Of a stretch of DNA of 32,000 nucleotides, positions 8,574 through 17,824 are shown in pieces. The position numbers were made by a program, and so were the translations under genes. This DNA is from Staphylothermus hellenicus DSM 12710 (GTDB lineage: Archaea; Thermoproteota; Thermoprotei_A; Sulfolobales; Desulfurococcaceae). The stretch is taken from contig NC_014205.1 of NCBI RefSeq assembly GCF_000092465.1, positions 60,001 through 92,000 on the forward strand. Reading direction: 5' to 3'. Under the pieces are notes generated by a model. It made no database searches and had not been told where the DNA came from. It was given only the letters and a program-made list of their open reading frames with translations. Within the stretch, counting starts at the first letter, position 1. Every line of letters begins with the position of its first letter.

Positions 8574-9314
8574 CTAAGGCATACTAAGTTTTATCTCGTA
8601 TGCTGTTAGTAGGAGAAATACTATGGAGAGGAATGCTGTAACGGGTAACGAAATCCATGGATTAATGTATGCCTTCCCCATTATAGAGTATCTCATACCC
8701 TCAACAGAGTAGGTTAGGGGGAGTATTAGGGATATTATTTGAAGGATCAATGGCGTTTTTTCTATTGGGATAAATATTCCGGAAAGAAACATCATTGGAA
8801 ACCTTATAGCATTGAAAACTGTCATTGTTTGCGAGGGTTCTTTCAACATATAACATATAGCTACGCCGAAAGCTGAAAACATAAATGTTGATAAGATAGT
8901 ATAGCATAGGAGAAGGAATGAACTATATATAGGAACTGGTGCTAGTGAGAATACTATTACAAGTGTTACAATTGATGAGAGTATTCCGAAGAAGAAGCTG
9001 CTAAGAGTTTTTCCTAGAGCTATAATTGTATAGCTTATGGGGAAGAGGAGGAAGCGCTCAAATGATCCTAACCTTCTCTCAAACATTATTGATGCTGCAG
9101 ACATAGATGTTGAGCCGAAAAATAGTGCGAGAGCTATTAGTCCCGGCACAAGTTCTTCAAACCTACTGCCAGTCTTGAGAGCGAATGCTATAGCGAATGC
9201 TGCTGGGAAAATGACTCCTCAACTCATTGTGGCTGGTTTCAAATAATACTCTTTAACATCTTTCTTAGCTATATAGAATGCTCTACCTAGATCTTTCAAT
9301 TCTATTGCCTTCAA
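8574..9314 (-). pseudogene. ABC-2 type transporter permease interrupted by an in-frame TGA (9219-9221)
   Basis: The track ORF 8574-9149 (GTG start) is multi-TM. The same frame upstream reads LKAIELKDLGRAFYIAKKDVKEYYLKPATMS-stop-GVIFPAAFAIAFALKTGSRFEELVPGLIA. That is a standard ABC-2 permease N-terminus, starting at TTG 9314 or 9299 and overlapping the ATPase stop. Confidence 0.7.
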
Positions 9315-10242
9315 CTATTTTTAGAAAGACCTCCTCCATATCTGCACTTCTAAGACTCACATAGTTTACATCTATTTTTTCCATTCTTAAAACACGAGTT
9401 ATTTCTATAAGCGCGGCAAGGGGATCTTTTGCAACTATTTTTAGTGTATCGTTTTCGATATAAGCTTTAACTATGTTCTCGCTATTGCTTATCTTCTTAA
9501 TAAGCTTCCTAGGATCTGAAACACTTAGTTCTATCGCTTCCTCATAGGGTACGAGCTTTCTTAGTTCTGAGGGTGTTCCCTCAGCAACTATTCTACCTTT
9601 ATTAATTATAGCTATTCTTTCACATAGCCGGGAAACTTCGTAGACATTGTGGCTTGTAAGGAATATGGTTATACCTTTTTCTTTAAGAGACCTTATTAGA
9701 GCCCACATTTTCCTCCTGCTTCTCACATCGAGGCCTAGGGTTGGTTCGTCTAGCATGAGTATTTTTGGTTTATGAACAAGGGCTGCGGCAATTGTTAATC
9801 TTCTTTTAAGCCCTTTCGATAAATTTGCGAATTTTACATTTATTTTATCCGTTAAGCCGAAGAATCTGAGAAGCTCTAATACTCTTTGCCTCCTCCTCTT
9901 GCTTGGCACACCATGCATTTCAGCGGCAAACATTAAGTTATCATAACATGTGAGTTCGGGATAAAGATTTGATATATCAGGTACAACACCGATTGATGCT
10001 TTCACTTTCTCCGGCTCATCCTTTATACTATAACCATTTACAATAGCGTCACCACTTGATATTTTTGTTAACCCACACAGCATCCTTATCGTTGTTGTTT
10101 TACCAGCACCATTTGGGCCTAGGAATCCAAAGATTATATTATAGGGCACTCTTAGATTTACATGATCAACGGCTAGGAGATCGCCATAGTACTTGGTTAA
10201 ATCCCTTGTATAAATAGCATATTTCATTATTTTCTCGCCCAC
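9283..10242 (-). CDS. ABC transporter ATP-binding protein (ABC-2/DrrA-like exporter subunit)
   Basis: 319 aa. Walker A GPNGAGKTT, signature LSKGLKRRL, Walker B ILMLDEPTLGLD, H-loop TSHN, and an extra C-terminal domain. GTG start at 10242; ATG 10227 is an alternative. TAG stop. Confidence 0.9.
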   Translation of the reverse strand: MGEKIMKYAIYTRDLTKYYGDLLAVDHVNLRVPYNIIFGFLGPNGAGKTTTIRMLCGLTKISSGDAIVNGYSIKDEPEKVKASIGVVPDISNLYPELTCYDNLMFAAEMHGVPSKRRRQRVLELLRFFGLTDKINVKFANLSKGLKRRLTIAAALVHKPKILMLDEPTLGLDVRSRRKMWALIRSLKEKGITIFLTSHNVYEVSRLCERIAIINKGRIVAEGTPSELRKLVPYEEAIELSVSDPRKLIKKISNSENIVKAYIENDTLKIVAKDPLAALIEITRVLRMEKIDVNYVSLRSADMEEVFLKIVEGNRIERSR

Positions 10243-10461
10243 CCTACTAGGCTCTAACCATTTTTTGTGTTATTGCTCATATATAGTTAAATATCCTAAT
10301 ATTTTAGTCACTTAATATAATTATATTCTAAAACGCTGGAAAACTGATCTTCAAATTTAACTAATGCTTAGAAATAATCATGTATTATTCTTAGCACCTT
10401 CTATAAAATCCTCGAGCATAACAAGCTATGCTAGTATATGGTTTGCTAATGTAGAATTGCT

Positions 10462-10539
10462 TGGTGGGCCCGCGGGGATTTGAACCCCGGACCTCCGCCG
10501 TGTGAGGGCGGCGTCCTAACCAGGCTAGACCACGGGCCC
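10462..10539 (-). tRNA. tRNA-Val (anticodon CAC), CCA encoded
   Basis: The reverse complement folds as GGGCCCG-UG-GUCU-AGCCUGGUUA-GGAC-G-CCGCC-CUCACAC-GGCGG-AGGUC-CGGGG-UUCAAAU-CCCCG-CGGGCCC-A-CCA. All four stems pair. No intron. Confidence 0.95.
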
Positions 10540-10691
10540 AACCTTATATCTTTTATGTTCTATTTTTCCAGGATATTATATTTTTACGTTGAGTTCTCGC
10601 AGAGAATACTTTGGCGGGCCAGTGTGTTCCATGATAATATTTTAATCTTATTTTGTATCTATCCTATCCTGTGGGACTGTTGGGGGTTTGA

Positions 10692-11981
10692 TTGTTGGAG
10701 GAGAGGATTTCTTCTCTTAAAGCTCTGCTTTATGGTTATGGTAATCTTATGGGTGTTGGTTCAGCACTTATTGTTCAGTGGCTGCTGTACTATTATTGTC
10801 CTCCCGAGAATAGCGGGTTAACACCTCTAGCGCCAATCATTGCTATGGGCGCTATTATATTATTCGGTAGAATTGTAGATGCAGTCTCTGATCCATTTAT
10901 TGGTTATTGGAGCGATAAAACAATGACGAGGTGGGGGAGGCGTAAACCCTTCATTGTTATAGGATTTATATTGATGGCTCTAAGCCAGATCCTTGTATGG
11001 ATACCAATTGTGCGCGGAGTATCTATAATAAACGTATTATATGCGGCTATACTCCTCGGCGTGTTCTGGTTTGGCTTCACAGCGGCTATTGCACCATATC
11101 TCGCATTATTACCTGAAATAGCTACTACTAAGGAGGATAGAGTTAAACTATCAACTTCCCAAGCATTCTTTAGCCAAGTATCACTAATTATTAGTGGTGT
11201 AATAGTACCTATTCTCCTAGGAATATTGGGTTTCCTCAACACTGCTACAGTTCTTACACTGATAGGAATAACAGCTATGATTTCAATTGTTCTAGGTATT
11301 AGGGAGAGAATAAGATCTGCTGAGAAAATAGCTACTAAGATGAATCTATGGGAAGCAGTAAAAATAACAGCCACTAATAAAACATTTCTCCTCTACCTCG
11401 TACCAACAGCCTTACTAGTACTCTCAACAACAATGTTGCAAATGGCATTATCATATGCTGTAACCGTTTCAGCTGGGCTAGAAAAAGAACATGTTTCACT
11501 ATTCTACCTACCACTAATAATTGTTTCAATAATAACACTACCACTATACAAACATTTAGCATCAACGATTGGTAAGAAGAAAGTATACTTGTTAGGTATG
11601 CTGTTATTTCTCGTACCAACACTAATGATTGCCTTCATAGGCTACATACCAATTGATCCCCAAATATACTTGTTAGTAACAGGCGTTATAGCAGGATTAT
11701 TTGTTACCCCACTACTAATGCTTCCAAACGCAATCATTGCTGATATAACAGATGTTGATGAACAAATAACTGGTTATCGTAGAGAAGCAATATATTTTGG
11801 AACACAAGGATTAATAACCAAGACAATGGCTGGAATAGCTGGTGTAACAGTATCGTTTCTACTAGGAGTATTCGGTTATGCTCCAGGCAACGATCTAGGT
11901 GTTCGCCTCGTATATGTTGTTGGAGCACTACTACTAATACCTGCAGCACTAATATTTACTAAGTACCCTATCGAAAAATAA
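10692..11981 (+). CDS. glycoside-pentoside-hexuronide (GPH) family sugar:cation symporter
   Basis: 429 aa, about 12 TM. GPH signature DAVSDPFIGYWSDKTMTRWGRRKPFI after TM2. TTG start. Confidence 0.85.
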   Translation: MLEERISSLKALLYGYGNLMGVGSALIVQWLLYYYCPPENSGLTPLAPIIAMGAIILFGRIVDAVSDPFIGYWSDKTMTRWGRRKPFIVIGFILMALSQILVWIPIVRGVSIINVLYAAILLGVFWFGFTAAIAPYLALLPEIATTKEDRVKLSTSQAFFSQVSLIISGVIVPILLGILGFLNTATVLTLIGITAMISIVLGIRERIRSAEKIATKMNLWEAVKITATNKTFLLYLVPTALLVLSTTMLQMALSYAVTVSAGLEKEHVSLFYLPLIIVSIITLPLYKHLASTIGKKKVYLLGMLLFLVPTLMIAFIGYIPIDPQIYLLVTGVIAGLFVTPLLMLPNAIIADITDVDEQITGYRREAIYFGTQGLITKTMAGIAGVTVSFLLGVFGYAPGNDLGVRLVYVVGALLLIPAALIFTKYPIEK

Positions 11982-12004
11982 TTGTGGTGCATAGGTGAAT
12001 TAAT

Positions 12005-12823
12005 ATGATGGCTGAAATTCTTCAGTTAATAAAGCAATTACCAGAACAAGAAGTATACAGGATTATTGTGAAGCAATATATTGCAAAAGACTTTGATCAA
12101 GCATTTGATAATGCACATAGAATACTATGTATTTCACCGCATCCAGATGATTGCGAAGTAGGAGTGGGCGGGTTAATCGCTAAATACGCTGGAAAAGGCA
12201 AGGATGTATACTTAGTAGTAATGACTGATGGTTCTAGAGGAACACGTGATCCAAGAATGACGAGGGGGAGAGTAGCACTAATTAGGAGAAGAGAGCAGGA
12301 GGAAGCCGGTAGGGTCTTAGGCGTTAAGAATATTTATTGGCTAAACTATCCTGACGGAGAACTGCCATATAGTTACGAGGTAATAAACAAGCTTGTAACA
12401 CTATACAGGCTTCTCAAGCCAGATATAGTATTGGCTCCTGATCCCTCTCTACCCTATGAAGCACACCCCGATCATTTAAATACTGGGAGAGCCGCATCAA
12501 CAGCAGCAATATTCTCGGGTATGCCCCTCTATAATCGTGTAGACTTAGAGACAGGTTTATCTCCACATAGTATAAGATATATAGCCTACTATTATACTTC
12601 GAGACCAAACACGTACATAGATATAACAGATACTATTGAGAAAAAACTAGAGGCATTAAGAAAACATGAATCACAATTTAAAGAATCATGGACGCTTATT
12701 GAAGCCCTTATACGTGTATTAGGAGCGATCTATGGGAGAAAAATAAATGTTGAATACGCTGACGCCGTTAAGCTTGTTCCAGCAATACTATTACATGCTG
12801 TGCCCTTTACCGAATATGTCTAG
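12005..12823 (+). CDS. PIG-L/LmbE family N-acetylglucosaminyl deacetylase
   Basis: 272 aa. ILCISPHPDDCEVGVGGLIAKY and VVMTDGSRG plus HPDH are the PIG-L zinc-site motifs. AGGTGA lies 6 nt upstream of the ATG. Confidence 0.85.
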   Translation: MMAEILQLIKQLPEQEVYRIIVKQYIAKDFDQAFDNAHRILCISPHPDDCEVGVGGLIAKYAGKGKDVYLVVMTDGSRGTRDPRMTRGRVALIRRREQEEAGRVLGVKNIYWLNYPDGELPYSYEVINKLVTLYRLLKPDIVLAPDPSLPYEAHPDHLNTGRAASTAAIFSGMPLYNRVDLETGLSPHSIRYIAYYYTSRPNTYIDITDTIEKKLEALRKHESQFKESWTLIEALIRVLGAIYGRKINVEYADAVKLVPAILLHAVPFTEYV

Positions 12824-12831
12824 GCGATAAC

Positions 12832-14022
12832 ATGTATGTTGGAGTAGTTGAAGGCTTCTACGGCCCCCTATGGGATAAAATAGATAGGTTATCAATGATC
12901 GAGTTTATGCAGCAAATAGGATTAAACATATATATTTATGGCCCAAAATGGGATCCGTATCATCGTACTCGTTGGAGAACACCTTATCCTAGAAGCTACA
13001 TAGACATGTTCACAGAATTAATTGATGCTGGTAATAGGAAAGGAGTTGAAATAGTATATGCATTATCACCAGGTCTCACAATTAACTATTCGGACAAAAA
13101 CGATCGCAGACAACTCGTATTAAAACTCGAGGGATTAATGGAAGCAGGTTTCACCAGCATAGCTATTTTCCTAGATGATATTCCCCCAATTCTTAGAGGC
13201 GAAGGCTATAAAACACTGGGCGAAGCACAAGCTGATCTAATAAACTATGTTGTCCAAGAATTATCTCCTAAAAACATGTTTTTCTGCCCAACATATTATT
13301 GGGGGTTCAGAGAAGATTATCTTGGAGAACTAGGATCACTTCTTGAGAACAACGTATATATAATGTGGACTGGCCCAGCAATAGTATCTAGAAAGATAAG
13401 ACTAGAAGATGCTAAGAGATTCCATGAGATCACTGGGAGGAAACCATTTGTCTGGGACAATTACCCGGTAAATGATTATTTCTTATTAAAAGGCATTGCA
13501 AGACTACACCTAGGCCCCTTCACTAATAGAGAACCAGAAATATGGAACTATGTATCAGGATACGTTGCTAACCCAATGATAGAAGCTGAAGCTTCCAAAA
13601 TCCCATTATATACATTAGCTGAAATGTATAGGAAGAAACAAAACTATAACCCTGAAGAATCAATTAATAATGCAATCAAACACCTCTACCCAGAAGAATA
13701 CTATGAAACAATACGTTTATATGTAGAATTAAATAAGGCATCACCCTTCAACCCATATGGAGACTATGTACCCAGTAAAAACGATGTTTCCCGTTTAAAG
13801 AAGATGCTATATGAAATAAACAATATAAATAATAAGAAACTATTAGAGGAAGCTTCATGGATAATTTCCAAGCTCCAAGCAATAACTGCATCATTAGAAG
13901 GACAAAGAACAAGGTTGGAGCCGAGAATACAGACTGCGGGAGACTATGATCCAATGATGAATAATGAAGAAATGAAGTTCTTCTTCGGCGAAGTAATTGA
14001 AAAAAGAAGAATATGGATTTAA
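12832..14022 (+). CDS. GH84-type beta-N-acetylglucosaminidase (O-GlcNAcase-like)
   Basis: 396 aa. VVEGFYGPLW, YIYGPKWDPYHRTRWRTPYP, IAIFLDDIP (catalytic Asp-Asp) and FVWDNYPVNDY match GH84 catalytic-domain motifs. Confidence 0.8.
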   Translation: MYVGVVEGFYGPLWDKIDRLSMIEFMQQIGLNIYIYGPKWDPYHRTRWRTPYPRSYIDMFTELIDAGNRKGVEIVYALSPGLTINYSDKNDRRQLVLKLEGLMEAGFTSIAIFLDDIPPILRGEGYKTLGEAQADLINYVVQELSPKNMFFCPTYYWGFREDYLGELGSLLENNVYIMWTGPAIVSRKIRLEDAKRFHEITGRKPFVWDNYPVNDYFLLKGIARLHLGPFTNREPEIWNYVSGYVANPMIEAEASKIPLYTLAEMYRKKQNYNPEESINNAIKHLYPEEYYETIRLYVELNKASPFNPYGDYVPSKNDVSRLKKMLYEINNINNKKLLEEASWIISKLQAITASLEGQRTRLEPRIQTAGDYDPMMNNEEMKFFFGEVIEKRRIWI

Positions 14023-14963
14023 CCAATTTTTTTAACATATACATTAAACATCCTAATCCTGCATAGTCCAGGCACTCCTGCATAGTAGAATAAATGAGTA
14101 GTCCATGGAATCTCAACTATGTATAGCCCAAGTTTCTTCATCTTATTTAGTGTGTAGTGAAGAAGTATTTTTCCGAATCCCCTACCCCTATACTTTTCCC
14201 AAACACCCACGGGGCCGTATCTATAAGGCGCTGATGCGCCATAAGTGTTAAAACCTATTATTTCCCCCTCTTTATTCTCAACTATAATGATCCCTGAGCA
14301 CTCATAGTTTTTAGTAACTAGCGATTCTAGTCCCCAGATAATCCCGAATTTTTCTTTTATCCATGTAGTTACTCTATCATATTCATCAATGCTTATTTCT
14401 CTAACAACATATCCTTCCCTGCTAATTCTTTCTTGTAGCCAGAGTGCTTCTAATGGAACATAGTATTCATCCATGTCAACATAATAATTTACAACTTTGC
14501 TCTCCAACTTATAGCCTTTCTCAAATAATTTCTTATTTATTATCTCATATCTACGATCTATTCCTGGAGCAAAGTAGAATGGTGCATATCCATATATGTG
14601 TATGGTCTTTTTATTGTTTCTCCTAGCATAATCTTCAACATAATCTATTATATTCTCTAGATACTCTTCTTTTCCTGGAACAACACCCAACAATTTTAAC
14701 CATAAATGATCAGTATAGTTCTTTAATACACCTAGGACAGACTTAGTTTTCTCTTTTAAATATGTTAGATAAGCTACCCCTATAACTTCATTGTTTTCAG
14801 TGAAAAAGAAGAATTCATTATTTGAATGATTAGGATCCAGTTCTATGGTTCTCCTATAAAGCTCTATATCTATGTGGTCATAAACGAATATCTCGTTTAG
14901 AATCTCTAATACTTCTTTATTGCTTAAACCCATCTCGTTCAATGTATAGATTTCCAGCCCCAA
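14019..14963 (-). CDS. two-domain GNAT family N-acetyltransferase
   Basis: 314 aa. The C-terminal domain has acetyl-CoA motif A (VGVWEKYRGRGFGKILLHYTL). The N-terminal half is a second, degenerate GNAT-like fold. It follows the GH4 gene on the reverse strand with a 16-nt gap. Confidence 0.75.
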   Translation of the reverse strand: MGLEIYTLNEMGLSNKEVLEILNEIFVYDHIDIELYRRTIELDPNHSNNEFFFFTENNEVIGVAYLTYLKEKTKSVLGVLKNYTDHLWLKLLGVVPGKEEYLENIIDYVEDYARRNNKKTIHIYGYAPFYFAPGIDRRYEIINKKLFEKGYKLESKVVNYYVDMDEYYVPLEALWLQERISREGYVVREISIDEYDRVTTWIKEKFGIIWGLESLVTKNYECSGIIIVENKEGEIIGFNTYGASAPYRYGPVGVWEKYRGRGFGKILLHYTLNKMKKLGLYIVEIPWTTHLFYYAGVPGLCRIRMFNVYVKKIG

Positions 14964-14979
14964 AAGATCACCTAGTGTT

Positions 14980-16383
14980 TTATGAGTAGTGTTTAGCCAT
15001 TTCTTCGTTTCCAGGCATTTTCAATAGATCATCTATTGTTTCCTCTACTTGTCTAGTAGACTTGGTTCTCGGATCATATATTAGCCACTCAAATAACTTA
15101 TCTCTACCGCCTTCTAGAAAGGCTTCTAGAGCCCATTCCATTCTCATCATCCTGGGATATATAACGTATTTCTGTATCTTTGATGGTAATGGAGAAAATG
15201 TTTTTCTATGAACACCTTTATCATCGATTACTGCCGGCATTTCAACGGCTACGTTATCGGGTATACCAGGTATTGATCCATTGTTTAATACATTGACTTG
15301 AAAAGTCCTAGGTGTGCCTGTCACCATGGAATCAATTATTTCAATAACTTGTTCACCACTAGGTTTAGGCGGGAATAATAGTGTTAAGGGTCTTGATGCA
15401 TTAGTTATAGCTTTGTAGATTTCGTATAATCTCATTTTTAGATAAGCAATATACATTGCCCAGCCTATTTCAGAGTCTGGGCCTCCATATGGTCCGTACC
15501 ATTTCTTCTTTGTTTCCAGGTTCCAGTGATATTTCCATGTTCCTCCTCTAACAGTATCTCCTATTGGGAGCAAGCCATAGTTTCTATACATGTCTATAGC
15601 TGCTGGGGATAAGTCTATGTCGAAGGGATTAGCTGTTGTTTCCCTCCATTTCTTCCAGTACTTTTCAGCTTCTGTCACTATCCATTTATCCAGGAATTTA
15701 TAGCCGTCTTCGCCGTCTACTTTGAATTTTGTTAGCCAAATTACATGATTGAACCCGATCATTTCAGCTTCTACTTTATCCTGGGGAAGTTTTAGTTCAC
15801 GTATAACATTTTTAATCCCCATGTGTCCATGGCATAAGCCGATTATTTTCACTTTTGTTTTTCTACTAATTAGGGTTGCTAATTCAAATACTGGATTAGC
15901 GACATCAAACAACCACGCGTTTGGAGCATACTCCTCTATATCCCTTGCAATACTCATGGCGAGTTTGAACTGGTAGTATCCCCAAATAGTATGGTAATCG
16001 CTCACCATATTCCATTCAACACTATTTATTCCTCTATAGTATCCGTGTTTCTCACTGATCTCCCTCATTCTCTCATAATATGAATGACCCATAGCCATAG
16101 CACTATTTATTACGAAATCAGCATCCTTGATCGCTTCTACCCTATCAGTAGTCGTGTGGAAATTTACTGTTGAATGTATTTCTTCAGCATATCTCTTAGC
16201 AAATCCATATACAAGCTTTAACCGGTCAAGATCAATATCCATGAGATACACGTCTGCATTGGCTAAGCTTTTCTTCAACATTATATCTATTAATACAGGA
16301 ATAGACCATACTGCAGAACCAGCACCTATAATACCGATTTTGATCCTAGATGATTCAGGCAAAGCTTTTTCAACCACGAACAT
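14980..16383 (-). CDS. glycoside hydrolase family 4 (NAD/Mn-dependent glycosidase)
   Basis: 467 aa. N-terminal Rossmann motif IKIGIIGAGSAVWS, NPVFELATLISR, and GLCHG containing the conserved GH4 Cys-His. Confidence 0.85.
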   Translation of the reverse strand: MFVVEKALPESSRIKIGIIGAGSAVWSIPVLIDIMLKKSLANADVYLMDIDLDRLKLVYGFAKRYAEEIHSTVNFHTTTDRVEAIKDADFVINSAMAMGHSYYERMREISEKHGYYRGINSVEWNMVSDYHTIWGYYQFKLAMSIARDIEEYAPNAWLFDVANPVFELATLISRKTKVKIIGLCHGHMGIKNVIRELKLPQDKVEAEMIGFNHVIWLTKFKVDGEDGYKFLDKWIVTEAEKYWKKWRETTANPFDIDLSPAAIDMYRNYGLLPIGDTVRGGTWKYHWNLETKKKWYGPYGGPDSEIGWAMYIAYLKMRLYEIYKAITNASRPLTLLFPPKPSGEQVIEIIDSMVTGTPRTFQVNVLNNGSIPGIPDNVAVEMPAVIDDKGVHRKTFSPLPSKIQKYVIYPRMMRMEWALEAFLEGGRDKLFEWLIYDPRTKSTRQVEETIDDLLKMPGNEEMAKHYS

Positions 16384-16487
16384 GTATTTACACGAGAAAT
16401 TATATCTGCTTATTCAGTTATAAAAATAGATTATATAAGTAGAGATTCTATGTTTGAGGAAAAATATTTGTGTCGGCACAGGCTTCT

Positions 16488-16817
16488 CTAAAGTTGCTTG
16501 ATAACGTGTTCTATAGCATCCTTAACTTTTAATCCGAGAACTGTTACAACCTTAATATTTGATTGTTGCAAAGCCATATATGAGTTGGGGCCTGGATTGG
16601 GTCCTGCAACAACATCTATTTTTTCCTCAATAAGTTTCTGAACAGCTTTTATGCCTGCACCACTACCCGCTTTATGTCCTGGGTTTTCAACTATCTTGAC
16701 ATTCTTGATCTCACTGTCCTCTACTTCTACGATTGTGAATGTTGGTGTTCTACCGAACCTATCATATATGTAGTCATCTAGTCCACCTTTATCTGTTGGA
16801 AACGCTATTTTAACCAT
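16488..16817 (-). CDS. NifX/NifB-like (dinitrogenase FeMo-cofactor-binding domain family, COG1433-like) protein
   Basis: MVKIAFPTDKGGLDDYIYDRFGRTPTFTIVEV...GAGIKAVQKLIEEKIDVVAG is typical of this domain. ATG 16817 with GGTGG upstream is preferred. The track start 16913 would overlap the upstream gene by about 80 nt in another frame. Confidence 0.8.
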   Translation of the reverse strand: MVKIAFPTDKGGLDDYIYDRFGRTPTFTIVEVEDSEIKNVKIVENPGHKAGSGAGIKAVQKLIEEKIDVVAGPNPGPNSYMALQQSNIKVVTVLGLKVKDAIEHVIKQL

Positions 16818-16834
16818 GTTTACCACCTTTTCAT

Positions 16835-17824
16835 CTATGTATGGGTTTCTCCCGGTTTTATAACTATGGGTATGAATGGCTCCATTTTTGGAGGTAGATG
16901 TTTTATTCTCCATTCTCTATAGTTTTGCAATATATTTATTATTTTCAAACTTATTTTTCTTATAGCTGTTGCTGCTGGCGAATCAGGATATTTTATTAAT
17001 AGAGGCTCCATGTTTGCAGCTGATTCAGCAACATGTTTATCGAAGGGTATTTCTCCTAGGTAATCAATGTTTTCTTTTAAAGCATACTCCTTGATGATCT
17101 CGTAATACTCCGGGTTTGTATCGTACTTGTTAATTATTAGTGCTGGGGGTATCATGAAGTGTTTTGTTAATTTATGTATTCTCTTGAGATCGCTTAGACT
17201 AGCTGGGGTAGGCTCTGCTACAAGGATCGCCATATGTGCTCCGGCAAGACTAGATATTACTTGGCAACCGATACCTGCAGCAGCATCTACTAGTAGAATA
17301 GCATCTTTCCCACCGATCTTTCTCGCCCTATTCTTTACCTCGGTCACTAATTTACCTGAGTTAGGCCTGCCAGGCACTAGTTCGCCTGATATGAGGGCGA
17401 ATCCGTAGGGGGTTCTATATTTTATTCTTATATGACCAGCCACTATATCCCTGATCATTCTTATAGCTTTTGTTGGGCATACAAAGCTACATGTGTAGCA
17501 GCCTTCACATATCCATTTATTGATAACGTATTTATTATTAATTAGCTCGACAGCGTTGAATGGACACACCTTCATGCATTCTCCACAATTAATACATTTC
17601 TCCTCTACGATTTCAGCGTATCTGCCTTCATAATATGGTTCTATCTTGTCCCAATCAATTATTCCTAGAACAATGTTTAGGTTTGGAGCTTCTGCATCAG
17701 CGTCTACGGCTATGAAATCAAGTTTTTTCTCGGCAAAGACTAGTGCTAGTGAAGATGTTATTGTTGATTTTCCAACTCCTCCCTTACCACTTGCTACAAC
17801 TATTTCTAGTCCTCCAATACTCAT
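16835..17824 (-). CDS. MinD/ParA-superfamily P-loop ATPase with inserted 2x[4Fe-4S] ferredoxin domain (COG1149-like)
   Basis: 329 aa. Deviant Walker A SGKGGVGKS. CINCGECMKVCPFNAV and CEGCYTCSFVCPTKAI. VDAAAGIG (Walker B-like). Confidence 0.85.
   Translation of the reverse strand: MSIGGLEIVVASGKGGVGKSTITSSLALVFAEKKLDFIAVDADAEAPNLNIVLGIIDWDKIEPYYEGRYAEIVEEKCINCGECMKVCPFNAVELINNKYVINKWICEGCYTCSFVCPTKAIRMIRDIVAGHIRIKYRTPYGFALISGELVPGRPNSGKLVTEVKNRARKIGGKDAILLVDAAAGIGCQVISSLAGAHMAILVAEPTPASLSDLKRIHKLTKHFMIPPALIINKYDTNPEYYEIIKEYALKENIDYLGEIPFDKHVAESAANMEPLLIKYPDSPAATAIRKISLKIINILQNYREWRIKHLPPKMEPFIPIVIKPGETHT

Noticed and set aside
10480-10821. 113-aa forward ORF, and a 77-aa reverse ORF at 31340-31573.
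   Set aside because: Both are read-throughs of GC-rich tRNA genes (tRNA-Val on the opposite strand; tRNA-His). Their Gly/Pro-rich translations are artefacts.
16818-16913. N-terminal 32-aa extension of the NifX-like ORF given by the track.
   Set aside because: It would overlap the upstream ATPase gene by about 80 nt in another frame, and it is not part of the conserved domain. ATG 16817 has a GGTGG motif upstream.
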